The notes under the pieces were generated by a model. The model saw only the letters and a list, made by a program, of their open reading frames with translations. It searched no databases and was not told where the DNA came from. Below, in pieces: positions 1-8,810 of a stretch of DNA of 64,000 nucleotides; position 1 is the first letter of the stretch; each line of letters starts with the position of its first letter. This stretch comes from Escherichia phage VpaE1_ev78. The position numbers were made by a program, and so were the translations under genes. The stretch is from sequence record LR597663, one strand, 5' to 3'.

Positions 1-98
1 CAGAGCACAAGAAGTGTGACTACTGTAACGGAGAAGGGTATACAAGAGCAGGTTGTTGCCCTATGTGTGGCGGTTCTGGTAAAATGTTTAATAAGTAA
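1..98 (+). CDS. 3' end of an upstream gene (5'-truncated by window); C-terminus has a DnaJ-type zinc finger
   Basis: Frame 3 open from window start to TAA at 96-98; translation ...CDYCNGEGYTRAGCCPMCGGSGKMFNK has two CxxCxGxG motifs. Confidence 0.45.
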   Translation, partial: EHKKCDYCNGEGYTRAGCCPMCGGSGKMFNK

Positions 99-126
99 TT
101 TAACAGTAAACTAAGAGGAAAGTATT

Positions 127-2493
127 ATGCGCATGGTAAACGACCACGCAGAAGTGATTAAGAGTTCAACTTCTTTGGAGACATCTCAAGCACAGATTAC
201 AATGACACCTGAAATGTTCAGCCTTTTGAGTTCCGGTGTATATACCTTTAAAGAAAGGGCAGTGATTCGTGAACTGTCATGTAATGCAGTAGATGCTCAG
301 AAAGAAGCTGGAAAAGAGAATATCCCGTTCCATGTGCATTTACCTACTCGTTTTGAGCCTTACTTTGAAGTCCGTGATTTTGGAACTGGATTGACTCATG
401 ATAAAGTTATGAGTTTGTACCTAAACTACGGGGCTTCTACGAAGAATGACTCTAATGATTACATTGGTGCAATGGGTATCGGCTCAAAATCTCCATTTGC
501 AATTGCTCAGTCATTCACAGTATCTAGCTATGTTGACGGTGTTGTTAATAAGTACTCAGTTTACCTTGAGAATGGTATCCCTCAAGTAACTAAGCTTACT
601 ACCAACCCAACAAAGGAACCTAATGGCTTAGCTGTACGTGTAGCAGTTGCTGACCATCGTATCTCAAAATTCTTTGAAGAAGCTGGTCACGTATACTCAT
701 ACTTTGCTGTAAAACCAGAAAGCAATATCGAGTATGACGATGTATTAGCAGATATGAACGTCATTGCCCGTGAAGAAGGTGTTTATGATGCCATGATTCA
801 TAAGCAAAGCTGGCGTTCTAGTAGTAACAGGACAGAGTTTAATGTGGTGATGGGTAACATTGCATACCCTGTTAACATGGAAGCATTACTTGGTGATGAT
901 TTCTTCAAAGTCTTGCCAGAATTTTTCCGTAGGAGCGTAGACCTTGTAAACACCTACATGCCTATTGGTTCAGTTGCTATTGCAGCTTCTCGTGAAGCAT
1001 TGCAGATGAATGACACGACAAAAAATGTTATCATTGAGGCTACTAAAAAGATAACTGAAGCAATTACAAAGGATGTTATCAAGAAAGTTAATAGTCAACC
1101 TACACTCATGGATGCTGCACAGGCTTATGCTGAGTTACGTTTGAACTCACGAGAGATGTTTAATGCTGTGTGTCCAAAGTTAGAGTGGGGAGGCGTTAAG
1201 CTTGATTCTCTGGAAGAAGAATTACTAAACATTCGTCGTGGAATTATCTACGCAGAAGACGGCTCAGTCATTTATGAACGTGACGGTAAAGGTAATATTA
1301 AGGTTGATAGGAACGGAAACAACATCCCTAAAGTAGATTATCTTTATGACCCAGTTGCTTATGTCAAGTTCAACTCTTTAGAGAGTAAGATTCGTGCAAC
1401 AGCACTTTCCTACACTCAAGAGGCAAGTATGTTCAATATCTTTGGCGCAATGCGTAAAAGCCAAATTGAACAGTTTTTGTTTGTTATAAATGACCGTCGC
1501 AATAAAAATGGTACTGAGAAGACTGTAGGACGCAACCAAATCTTGCGTGGTGCATGTCGAGACTATGCCAGTGAGTCAAGTCTGTTTCACAGATACAATG
1601 GTATTGTCTTTGTATTCTCGACTGAAAAAGAGTTAGATGACTTAATCAATCTGCACAAACTTGATAAAAGCTTGTTAAAGATTGTGAAAATGTCTGATAA
1701 GGAACACCATTACCAGCGTAAAGAAGCTGTAAGAGGTGTTGTAAAACTCTGGAAAGCTGTTCCAGCAGAAGGTGTAGCCTCCTACAAAGAGGTGTCAGAG
1801 GACTTAGACACAATTGAAGAACCTCAGCTTTACATTAAGGCAATTGGTGACACAGTTGATGGTGAATGTTTTTGCTCATCCCCAGAAGATGTAGCTAAGT
1901 CAGTTGCTAATGTTATTGGAAAGACAGTCTATGTTTTCCGAAAAGCAAATTGGAAAAAGATACCAGAAGACTGGATTGAAGTAGATGAGAAGCTCTTGAA
2001 CGACAGCTTAACTGATGTTCATTGGATTAATCATAACAGGTATATGACACGCATCTACATGAATGGTGTTCTTGACCTTACAAGTAGCTGGATTATTGCC
2101 AGAAACTTTACATTCAATAATAGGAAGATTTCTCGTGGTTATTGCTATTCACGGGATACAAACAAAACTATCTTCCTAGAAGGTAATGAAGAGGCTGTAG
2201 AGGCAATGTTCGGTAAAATCCAATACGTTGCTGCACCATTTGCATACACTTATACTATTAGTGTATTGAAAACTTTGAAAGACTGTCTTGACAATGATAC
2301 AAAGCTTTACAAGAAAATTAAGAAAGCTGGTGACCGTATGGTCATTAAGGTGACAAACTACCTTTCAAAAAGAAAACAAGAAAACTTCTTGCTTTCTCAT
2401 TTAGATTGGAATAAAGTGTCACCCATCGAAGTGAGTAAGTTCTTAGGCTTTGATGTAAAATGTGTTCCAGAAGGGACTACAATTTATGATTAA
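127..2493 (+). CDS. rIIA: rIIA-like protein with GHKL-type ATPase domain
   Basis: 788 aa; ATG preceded by AGAGGA RBS; N-terminal GHKL motifs (ELSCNAVDA N-box, DFGTG, GxGSKSPF); followed by a second large early gene as in rIIA-rIIB pairs. Confidence 0.6.
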   Translation: MRMVNDHAEVIKSSTSLETSQAQITMTPEMFSLLSSGVYTFKERAVIRELSCNAVDAQKEAGKENIPFHVHLPTRFEPYFEVRDFGTGLTHDKVMSLYLNYGASTKNDSNDYIGAMGIGSKSPFAIAQSFTVSSYVDGVVNKYSVYLENGIPQVTKLTTNPTKEPNGLAVRVAVADHRISKFFEEAGHVYSYFAVKPESNIEYDDVLADMNVIAREEGVYDAMIHKQSWRSSSNRTEFNVVMGNIAYPVNMEALLGDDFFKVLPEFFRRSVDLVNTYMPIGSVAIAASREALQMNDTTKNVIIEATKKITEAITKDVIKKVNSQPTLMDAAQAYAELRLNSREMFNAVCPKLEWGGVKLDSLEEELLNIRRGIIYAEDGSVIYERDGKGNIKVDRNGNNIPKVDYLYDPVAYVKFNSLESKIRATALSYTQEASMFNIFGAMRKSQIEQFLFVINDRRNKNGTEKTVGRNQILRGACRDYASESSLFHRYNGIVFVFSTEKELDDLINLHKLDKSLLKIVKMSDKEHHYQRKEAVRGVVKLWKAVPAEGVASYKEVSEDLDTIEEPQLYIKAIGDTVDGECFCSSPEDVAKSVANVIGKTVYVFRKANWKKIPEDWIEVDEKLLNDSLTDVHWINHNRYMTRIYMNGVLDLTSSWIIARNFTFNNRKISRGYCYSRDTNKTIFLEGNEEAVEAMFGKIQYVAAPFAYTYTISVLKTLKDCLDNDTKLYKKIKKAGDRMVIKVTNYLSKRKQENFLLSHLDWNKVSPIEVSKFLGFDVKCVPEGTTIYD

Positions 2494-2572
2494 AGTGTTT
2501 GACAAGGGGCTTCAAAGCCCCTTAAAATAGCATCACAAAATGATTTATTAACTAACAAGAGAGAGTAATAAG

Positions 2573-3682
2573 ATGACTACTAAAACTAAAGCACAGATTG
2601 ACGCAGAAATTTACAAACTGGTTAAAGAGGGCAAGCTGACTAAAACCGCTATTGCACAGAAATTTAACACCTCAACCCGTTCAGTCGGTCGTGCTGTAGA
2701 GCGTCATGAAGCAACCTTAAAAGGGAATAAGAAGGTGACTTCTACACCAGCTACGAAGACTTTGAAGCAAGTTGCTAAGACCTTTAAAAAGAAAGCTGAC
2801 AAACCAGTTGAAAAGGTTGTTAAAGAGTCTGTACAGAAAGCTCCAGTAAATAAACTACATGAAGCTATGCAGAAAGATGACAAGATTGAGTACATGATTA
2901 CTGGTGACTCTGTAATTATGACTTATGGTTCAGAGTCTGAAATTGTTGAGTCTACTCATCCGAACTATCAAGAGATTGTAGTTCATGTTGTGAAAGGTGA
3001 GTTTAAGAAAGCCTTTGAACTGATGAACATTCGTAAGTCTATTGAAAACTTCACTCAGGGTGCTATCACAATCAAAGGTGACAAGTTATTCTACGGTGCT
3101 GTTGAGATGCGTTCTACTCTGGTTGACCGTATTCTTCACATGATGAAGACTGGAGATAAAGGTTTCGAACGTCTTGTGATGTTCTTCGAAAAACTGATGG
3201 AAAACCCATCTAAAGATTCCGTAGAACAACTTTGGGGCTTCGTATCTCACCTTGATGTTGAAATTGATGAAGAAGGCTACATCATTGGTTGGAAGAAAGT
3301 ATCTACTCGTGAAGGCAAGCTGGTTGACTCCCACACCTACAGAGTACCTAATGATTTGGGTAACATTGTAGAAATGCCACGTTGGATGGTTGATAATAAC
3401 CGTAACGTGACTTGCTCTCAAGGTCTTCATGTTGGTGCTTGGGATTATGTTCGTTGTTTCTCAGGTGATACAATTCTGAAGGTTCGTGTCCATCCACGAG
3501 ACGTTGTATCCGTACCAACTGATTACAACGATATGAAGATGCGCTCGTCTCGTTATGAAGTTGCAGCAATCGTTGATAATCAACGTAAAGTGCTGAAAGC
3601 ATGGGATGGCAAGACTGAAGCTTTACATGTCATCGTTGGTACTGCTGGAGAACTTATCTCCCAACGTAAACGTGAAATCTAA
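2573..3682 (+). CDS. rIIB: rIIB-like protein (assigned by position and size)
   Basis: 369 aa ORF immediately downstream of the rIIA-like gene; GAGAG RBS; no motif recognised by eye. Confidence 0.4.
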   Translation: MTTKTKAQIDAEIYKLVKEGKLTKTAIAQKFNTSTRSVGRAVERHEATLKGNKKVTSTPATKTLKQVAKTFKKKADKPVEKVVKESVQKAPVNKLHEAMQKDDKIEYMITGDSVIMTYGSESEIVESTHPNYQEIVVHVVKGEFKKAFELMNIRKSIENFTQGAITIKGDKLFYGAVEMRSTLVDRILHMMKTGDKGFERLVMFFEKLMENPSKDSVEQLWGFVSHLDVEIDEEGYIIGWKKVSTREGKLVDSHTYRVPNDLGNIVEMPRWMVDNNRNVTCSQGLHVGAWDYVRCFSGDTILKVRVHPRDVVSVPTDYNDMKMRSSRYEVAAIVDNQRKVLKAWDGKTEALHVIVGTAGELISQRKREI

Positions 3683-3699
3683 TAAGTAATTTCTTAAAA

Positions 3700-3725
3700 G
3701 GCTGCTTCGGCGGCCTTTTTTATTT
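3700..3725 (+). terminator. Rho-independent terminator after rIIB-like gene
   Basis: GC stem aggctgc/gcggcct with ttcg loop followed by TTTTTTA. Confidence 0.6.
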
Positions 3726-3751
3726 GTGTTTTGTGCAGAGTACTGTATAAT
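3724..3751 (+). promoter_or_regulatory. Candidate promoter (TATAAT -10, weak -35) containing a TGTGCAG motif
   Basis: TATAAT at 3746-3751; TTGTGT about 16 nt upstream; TGTGCAG also recurs in the 7890-8082 repeats. Confidence 0.35.
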
Positions 3752-3782
3752 TGTTGTCACGATAAACTAAACAGGAGAACCA

Positions 3783-4331
3783 ATGAAGAAATTGATTCTA
3801 GGTTTGTGCTTAATGTTTACAGCACACTTATCTTATGCAGTTGACTGCCCAGAGCTATCAATTAGCCAAAAAGTAAACATGTTAAAAGCTTACCAGTATG
3901 GTGAGAATAACATGGGTAAAGGTTGGGGTATCACTCTAGCTGCTATAGCCTTACAAGAGTCAGAGTTAGGTCTGAAGGTAGAGAATAAAAAGACACATGA
4001 TTATGGTATTTTCCAGAATCACTTGAAGACTGTTGTAAAGCGTAACAAAATTAGTCCTAATGTGGCTAAAAAGAAACTCTTAAAAGACTTTGACTATGCT
4101 GCAAAGGAAACGCACAAAGAACTTGAGTTTTGGACAAAGGTGCATGGTCAGCCAAAGTCAAAGAAGACTTTACAAAAAGTTTTAGCATCATATAATGCTG
4201 GGTATTCGTACAGAATCCCTAAAGCTAAGAAGTATTCTCAAGATGTCTATAACAACATGAAAGTTATTGCTCAATGTGAATTTGCAACAAACATTTCTAA
4301 GGTAAATCATGAAAAAATTAAGAAAGTCTGA
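3783..4331 (+). CDS. Secreted protein with lytic-transglycosylase (SLT)-like motifs
   Basis: 182 aa; N-terminal signal peptide MKKLILGLCLMFTAHLSYA; AIALQESELG ... DYGIFQ resembles SLT catalytic Glu-Ser and GLMQ-type motifs; GGAG RBS. Confidence 0.45.
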   Translation: MKKLILGLCLMFTAHLSYAVDCPELSISQKVNMLKAYQYGENNMGKGWGITLAAIALQESELGLKVENKKTHDYGIFQNHLKTVVKRNKISPNVAKKKLLKDFDYAAKETHKELEFWTKVHGQPKSKKTLQKVLASYNAGYSYRIPKAKKYSQDVYNNMKVIAQCEFATNISKVNHEKIKKV

Positions 4332-5004
4332 TGAAGTACTGTGTCATGCTTATGACTTACACCCTCATGAGTTAGGTCTTAATTCCTGTGTATGGACTCC
4401 AGAACAGTGTAGGGATTTTGAAGACACCGCAAGAGAAGTTGTATGTTCACTCGAAGAGTTCCACACATCAGAGCCAATTGTGAATGTTGTAGATAAAGAG
4501 ACTGGACAAACTATAGGCGTGAGTCGTGATAGCTTAGTCATAGTCAATAAAGACCTTGTAGAAAAAGGGAATCTCATCTTAGCAGATATTGATGGTGTTC
4601 TTACAAATTTTAATCACGAAGATTGCTCAACGGAATTGACTGATGGTTCATTCTCACAGTATACCAATCTTCTTGATTCTGTAAGAGCAAAGCCAACGTA
4701 TGTTTTCAATATCATTGATGCAATTGCTAATCATGCTGCCATTGGACTCTTGACAGCGAGAGGTGAATCTCAGAGAATACCTACTGAGATGTTTTTAAGG
4801 CATTACATAGAGCATGATTACATGCTTTTTATGCGTGGTTTTGGGACTAACTCTATAAGTGCAGAAAGTTTGAAAGTGAGGATGATTCAGTCTTGCATTC
4901 TGCCTTACTTTAATATAGTATGCTTTATAGAAGATACAGAGAAGAATGTGCAGAAGGTGAACAGAATCCTTCCACACATTAAAACCATGTTAGTTAAACA
5001 TTGA
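4309..5004 (+). CDS. HAD-superfamily phosphatase-like protein (possible 5'(3')-deoxyribonucleotidase)
   Basis: 231 aa; HAD motif I ILADIDGVLTN (DxDGV), downstream T/S and D motifs; overlaps previous gene by 23 nt. Confidence 0.4.
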   Translation: MKKLRKSDEVLCHAYDLHPHELGLNSCVWTPEQCRDFEDTAREVVCSLEEFHTSEPIVNVVDKETGQTIGVSRDSLVIVNKDLVEKGNLILADIDGVLTNFNHEDCSTELTDGSFSQYTNLLDSVRAKPTYVFNIIDAIANHAAIGLLTARGESQRIPTEMFLRHYIEHDYMLFMRGFGTNSISAESLKVRMIQSCILPYFNIVCFIEDTEKNVQKVNRILPHIKTMLVKH

Positions 5005-5014
5005 GAGAAAACTT

Positions 5015-5479
5015 ATGAATAATATCATTACGGTAGCACTGGACGATACGGCAAACAAATCTGAAGTAGTTCGTAAAATGATTCAAGGTAACTTTGAAGG
5101 TAAAATTTTCCGTGCTGTTAATGTAAAAGCTGATGGTAGCATTCGTGAATATCGTGCATTGTTGAACGTTAAGAAGCACGTAAAAGGTGTTGGTTCAACG
5201 ACTGCACACAAAGAAAACCTGATGACTATCTATGATATGGGTAAGGCTTCAGAGTTAGGTGCTGAAGGTATCGTTAAAGAAGGTGCTCCGTATCGCTCTT
5301 TCAATCTGGAAACTACTCTTATGCTTTCCTTTACAAGTGGTTCCAAAACAATCACTTATCTCTTTACTGATGCTGCAACGGTATCTGCTATTAAGGATAG
5401 CACTGTCAAAGCTGGCGTAGTTGCTGCTGCAAAAGCTTCTTCGATGGCTGCGAATATCCTTGCTAAAGTCCTCGGTTAA
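5015..5479 (+). CDS. Hypothetical protein
   Basis: 154 aa ORF in early operon; followed by terminator. Confidence 0.45.
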   Translation: MNNIITVALDDTANKSEVVRKMIQGNFEGKIFRAVNVKADGSIREYRALLNVKKHVKGVGSTTAHKENLMTIYDMGKASELGAEGIVKEGAPYRSFNLETTLMLSFTSGSKTITYLFTDAATVSAIKDSTVKAGVVAAAKASSMAANILAKVLG

Positions 5480-5484
5480 GGTTA

Positions 5485-5512
5485 AGATACAGGCTCCTTC
5501 GGGAGCCTTTTT
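5485..5512 (+). terminator. Rho-independent terminator
   Basis: caggctcc-ttcg-ggagcc stem-loop followed by TTTTTC. Confidence 0.65.
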
Positions 5513-5531
5513 CATTTCAGGAGATTGTTAA

Positions 5532-5879
5532 ATGACATTTAAAGAGTTCTGTCAAGCTACTTTCATAATTGTTTTCTTAGTTGGTGCAGGTGTCTGGGGA
5601 GGATACTCTTACAGAGACTATCAAGTTGCTGAAACTGAGCTAAACAATCAAAAGCTCATAAGTGTTGCTAAAGATGCTTATCAGGAAGGGTTAGTCACAC
5701 TGAGCACCAATTACAAAAATGATTTGAAAGATGTGCTTGCTAAGAATAAGCATACAAAAGAGGTACTAACATATGAAAAAACTAAGCCAGAGTTTTATAA
5801 TGTTTGTGTTACTGATAACTATGTCAGGGTGTTCAACGAACAAAGTGAGCAGTACATTCAAAAACTCCCAAGTAAGTGA
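5532..5879 (+). CDS. Hypothetical membrane protein
   Basis: 115 aa; AGGAG RBS; hydrophobic N-terminus FIIVFLVGAGVWGG; 3' end overlaps next ORF by about 100 nt in another frame, so one boundary is uncertain. Confidence 0.35.
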   Translation: MTFKEFCQATFIIVFLVGAGVWGGYSYRDYQVAETELNNQKLISVAKDAYQEGLVTLSTNYKNDLKDVLAKNKHTKEVLTYEKTKPEFYNVCVTDNYVRVFNEQSEQYIQKLPSK

Positions 5880-6042
5880 GAGTGATAAGTACACGCAAGA
5901 AGAATCACGGTATATCATCAAAGGTAACACAGGCAGTGATGTAGCAGCAGCACTTGAGTTCTACCGTGATGGGTTTTACCAGTGCACAATCAAAGCTAAT
6001 AACCTCATTGACATGATTTTATTAGGGAATAAGCAGCAATGA
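5773..6042 (+). CDS. Putative lipoprotein
   Basis: 89 aa; AAAGAGG RBS; signal peptide with lipobox-like LITMSGCS. Confidence 0.45.
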   Translation: MKKLSQSFIMFVLLITMSGCSTNKVSSTFKNSQVSESDKYTQEESRYIIKGNTGSDVAAALEFYRDGFYQCTIKANNLIDMILLGNKQQ

Positions 6043-6308
6043 CAGAGAATCAAGATACTTTTTACGTAGAAGGGTACTTACTGTTACCACGACCAAAAGA
6101 AACTTATATGCGAATCGACTTCTTGCCAACCATTATGGATAATGTTATGTGTCATATCTTTATGCAAGGTGTCACGGCACAGCTTAAGCATGTTGGTAAA
6201 GAGTGCAAAATAAAGGTTGACACTCATCCAGAAATCAAAGAGAATCACTACACATGGTTCTTACCAGACTCTAAAGAAATCTTAGCAGTTCTTAAAACGA
6301 GGAAGTAA
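6039..6308 (+). CDS. Hypothetical protein
   Basis: 89 aa ORF, start overlaps upstream stop. Confidence 0.4.
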   Translation: MTENQDTFYVEGYLLLPRPKETYMRIDFLPTIMDNVMCHIFMQGVTAQLKHVGKECKIKVDTHPEIKENHYTWFLPDSKEILAVLKTRK

Positions 6309-6310
6309 CT

Positions 6311-6637
6311 ATGCAGATTAATGGAAGAGACTTTGTAGCCGTTTACTACGAGAAAGGTAAAGAAGTTGGCGTAGCACAAGTATCTTATGGCAATGGTAAG
6401 TGGCTATATGGAACAATCGCAGTAGTAGGCACAAGAAGTGATACAAAAACTTTTAAAGATTGTGTTGACCTTCTTGAAGAATCCATCCAGAATCATTGGT
6501 GTCTGATATGGATGACTGACAACGAAGTGATAGAACGCTTCAAAAAGATTGATATCAACATTGATAGTATTGAGCATGTTGATTTATATGAACTGACTGA
6601 GAAGGTAAATTATGAGAGTAATTCTAGCCAGAGATAA
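6311..6637 (+). CDS. Hypothetical protein
   Basis: 108 aa ORF tightly packed in operon. Confidence 0.4.
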   Translation: MQINGRDFVAVYYEKGKEVGVAQVSYGNGKWLYGTIAVVGTRSDTKTFKDCVDLLEESIQNHWCLIWMTDNEVIERFKKIDINIDSIEHVDLYELTEKVNYESNSSQR

Positions 6638-6839
6638 AAAGACACGGAAAATTATCCGGTCAGCAGTATTCATTGGAAGAAATAAAGTGATTCCATTTAC
6701 AGCAAATGATGTGATAGCCTACAGGGAAAAATTAGCATTTAGTTATTGCTTGCGTGGCTTCATCTCACAACCATTGGAAGACTTCAAAAGTCGTTGTGGT
6801 AAAGGTATCATCATTCAAGAGGCAATTATCAATGGCTGA
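6612..6839 (+). CDS. Hypothetical protein
   Basis: 75 aa ORF overlapping neighbours by a few codons. Confidence 0.3.
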   Translation: MRVILARDKKTRKIIRSAVFIGRNKVIPFTANDVIAYREKLAFSYCLRGFISQPLEDFKSRCGKGIIIQEAIING

Positions 6840-7032
6840 CTTCTGCAAAGACTGTTCTATAGAAATGTTTGGACGTGATACAGGTGACTTAAAAGGTCTT
6901 ATCACTGAAGATGACTTTAAAGCTGGCTACGCAATGCCAGTAATCTGTGAAGGTTGTGGGTGTATCTGGGTAGACCACGAAGGACAGCGTGTAAAACCTT
7001 CAGAAGATAAAGAATCTTGGGAGAGATGTTAA
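6832..7032 (+). CDS. Small zinc-ribbon protein
   Basis: Internal ATG of track ORF 6754-7032 chosen to avoid overlap; MADFCKDCS...CEGCGC gives CxxC...CxxC. Confidence 0.35.
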   Translation: MADFCKDCSIEMFGRDTGDLKGLITEDDFKAGYAMPVICEGCGCIWVDHEGQRVKPSEDKESWERC

Positions 7033-7818
7033 ATGGGTATTGTAAAAATCATCAAAGGTGATATCTTTGATGCCTTTGATAAAGGCAAATTTGATATCAT
7101 TGGTCATGGTTGCAACTGTATGAATTTCATGGGTGCAGGTATTGCAGCAACTATTTCTAAGCGTTATCCAAAAGTGTATGATACTGACACAGAAGTTTAC
7201 CTGTTTGCAGGTGGCATTCGTCACAAACCCTGTGAAAATTTACTAGGTAATTTCTCTGTAGCACGTTTAAAACAAGGCCGTATAGCTAACCTTTACACCC
7301 AACTTCATACTGGTAAAGATGCCCGATACAGTGCTTTAGAGTCATCTTTGAAACAGCTTAACAGATACTGTGAAGTTAACCAGTTGAAGAAAGTTGGTCT
7401 ACCTATGATTGGTGCAGGTATCGGTGGGCTTGACCCTCAAGCTGTCACAGTTATCATTAATCAGGTGATGAAGAGTGTAGATGTTTATCTGTATGTCTAT
7501 GAAGCAAAAATGTATAATGAGTTACACTCAGGTTGGAAAAACTACTGTGAACCAGAATACTTTGCAGGTGTAGTTGTGTTCACAGATAACGAAGTTACCC
7601 TCTTCAGACGAAGAAAAGGTAAGATACATCAAAGTAACCCTCCGGTTGAAAAGATGTCTCTGAGTAACGCTCTAGTTACCCACCTGTCGAAGAGCAATCA
7701 CAGGATTGCAGTAACATTTGGCAGTGATGCAGATACTTATATCTATGCAAGAACTGATGAGGATATCGAGACAGTTTTCTCTTCACCAGAAGTTACCTTC
7801 TTAGACGCAAAGAACTAA
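7033..7818 (+). CDS. Macrodomain protein (ADP-ribose binding/processing) with C-terminal extension
   Basis: 261 aa; N-terminal about 160 aa matches macrodomain signatures: IIKGDIFDAF...IIGHGCNCMNFMGAGIAATI and VGLPMIGAGIGGLDP. Confidence 0.6.
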   Translation: MGIVKIIKGDIFDAFDKGKFDIIGHGCNCMNFMGAGIAATISKRYPKVYDTDTEVYLFAGGIRHKPCENLLGNFSVARLKQGRIANLYTQLHTGKDARYSALESSLKQLNRYCEVNQLKKVGLPMIGAGIGGLDPQAVTVIINQVMKSVDVYLYVYEAKMYNELHSGWKNYCEPEYFAGVVVFTDNEVTLFRRRKGKIHQSNPPVEKMSLSNALVTHLSKSNHRIAVTFGSDADTYIYARTDEDIETVFSSPEVTFLDAKN

Positions 7819-7889
7819 GAAACTCTGTAGAATATTCACAATAGACCAAGCCTTTCTTATCTGGTAAATTTTTCAGGTAAGGAGGGCTT

Positions 7890-8082
7890 TTTCATTTCAG
7901 AATTGTGCAGGTAGATTTCTATAGAGAAACCTGTAGAGAAAATATTGAACTCCAAAGAGAAAATTCATTTTCAAACTGTGCAGATAATCTCCAAAGAGCT
8001 TTTTCATTTTCAAAACGTGCAGACCCCGCTCAGGTCGGGCAAGAAAAATCATTTTAGATTTGTGCAGGTAGGTTTTTATAGA
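7890..8082 (+). repeat. Four tandem promoter-like repeats TTTCATTTTCA..TGTGCAGG(N9)TATAGA in a 0.5 kb leader
   Basis: TGTGCAG-type cores at about 7904, 7977, 8016 and 8061, each preceded by TTTCATTT; two copies followed 9 nt later by TATAGA. Confidence 0.5.
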
Positions 8083-8094
8083 GAGCCAGACCAA

Positions 8095-8124
8095 CCCCTC
8101 TCCCCCTCTTACTCCCCCTCTCCC
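8095..8124 (-). repeat. G-tract cluster (four runs of 4-5 G on the minus strand; C-tracts on plus)
   Basis: Plus strand cccctctccccctcttactccccctctcccc; conspicuous in an AT-rich genome. Confidence 0.5.
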
Positions 8125-8247
8125 CAAAAGTCAAGAGAAAAATTTGTAGCGGATTGAAAAATAATTCTTGATTTGTGTTCTGTTTTGTGGTAGTCGTGTG
8201 CGCCCGTTTCATTACAGTTTTGCCAAAAATATTTTTAAAATTTTTTC

Positions 8248-8276
8248 TTGACTCTTTGAACGTGGTTATCTAGTAT
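8248..8276 (+). promoter_or_regulatory. Sigma70-like promoter (TTGACT-17-TAGTAT) driving the small-ORF array
   Basis: Near-consensus -35 and -10 hexamers with 17 nt spacer, immediately upstream of a conserved 5' stem-loop. Confidence 0.6.
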
Positions 8277-8280
8277 TTGC

Positions 8281-8339
8281 ATCAACGGGGAGGGAATGAC
8301 CTTCCCCACTAAATAAAGTCCTAAACTGGAGATTCAAAA
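8281..8339 (+). promoter_or_regulatory. Cassette type A copy 1: 5'UTR stem-loop ggggagggaatgaccttcccc plus conserved RBS
   Basis: Near-identical about 60 nt unit recurs before six genes; GGAGA RBS 8 nt before ATG. Confidence 0.6.
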
Positions 8340-8720
8340 ATGGCATATCGCGCACCTAAATTCATCAATAAAGACAACTTTCGCAACGCACTGGAGAAGT
8401 CACTTGATGAAAATTTTAAAGGTAACATTATCGTTGTTCACGCATTCAATTTTAAGTATGATGTAAACGGGAATAGAATCAACCATTACACGGCAACCAT
8501 GTTAGATGGTACACTATCAAGTGAAAAAGCCGTACTGAATGCACTAGCAGGACGCGGAAAAGTATTAGTAAGATGCGATAAGCGACGTTATCAGGGTGGC
8601 GCATATGGTTATGATGATGCTGTTTATCATCTTGAAAATATGGGCTATAAAGTAGAAAAAGCTGGGGTATCGCAAATCATCGGGAGCGATGGTTATGTAA
8701 CAATCTTCAAAATTAACTGA
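8340..8720 (+). CDS. Hypothetical small early protein
   Basis: 126 aa ORF directly after type A cassette. Confidence 0.5.
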   Translation: MAYRAPKFINKDNFRNALEKSLDENFKGNIIVVHAFNFKYDVNGNRINHYTATMLDGTLSSEKAVLNALAGRGKVLVRCDKRRYQGGAYGYDDAVYHLENMGYKVEKAGVSQIIGSDGYVTIFKIN

Positions 8721-8721
8721 T

Positions 8722-8810
8722 AAAGTACTTTACAAGGGGCTTATAGTTCGATAGAGTAAGCCCCAGATAAAGAGCTTTACCACTCAATCCTAAATTGGAG
8801 AATCTGAAAA
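8722..8810 (+). promoter_or_regulatory. Cassette type B copy 1: TTTACA-17-TAGAGT promoter-like unit overlapping an 8 bp stem-loop, plus conserved RBS
   Basis: agtactttacaaggggctta...taagccccagataaagagctttaccactcaatcctaaattggaga recurs with small changes before six genes. Confidence 0.55.

Noticed and set aside
2704-3602. Minus-strand track ORFs (2704-2895, 3086-3430, 3348-3602) inside the rIIB-like gene
   Set aside because: Short antisense frames overlapping a larger sense gene; no start context.
7897-8157. Track ORFs 7897-8127 (-) and 7945-8157 (+) in the intergenic leader
   Set aside because: They span the tandem repeats and the C/G-tract; the translations (SPSYSPSPQKS, GGVRGGEG) are artefacts of those repeats.
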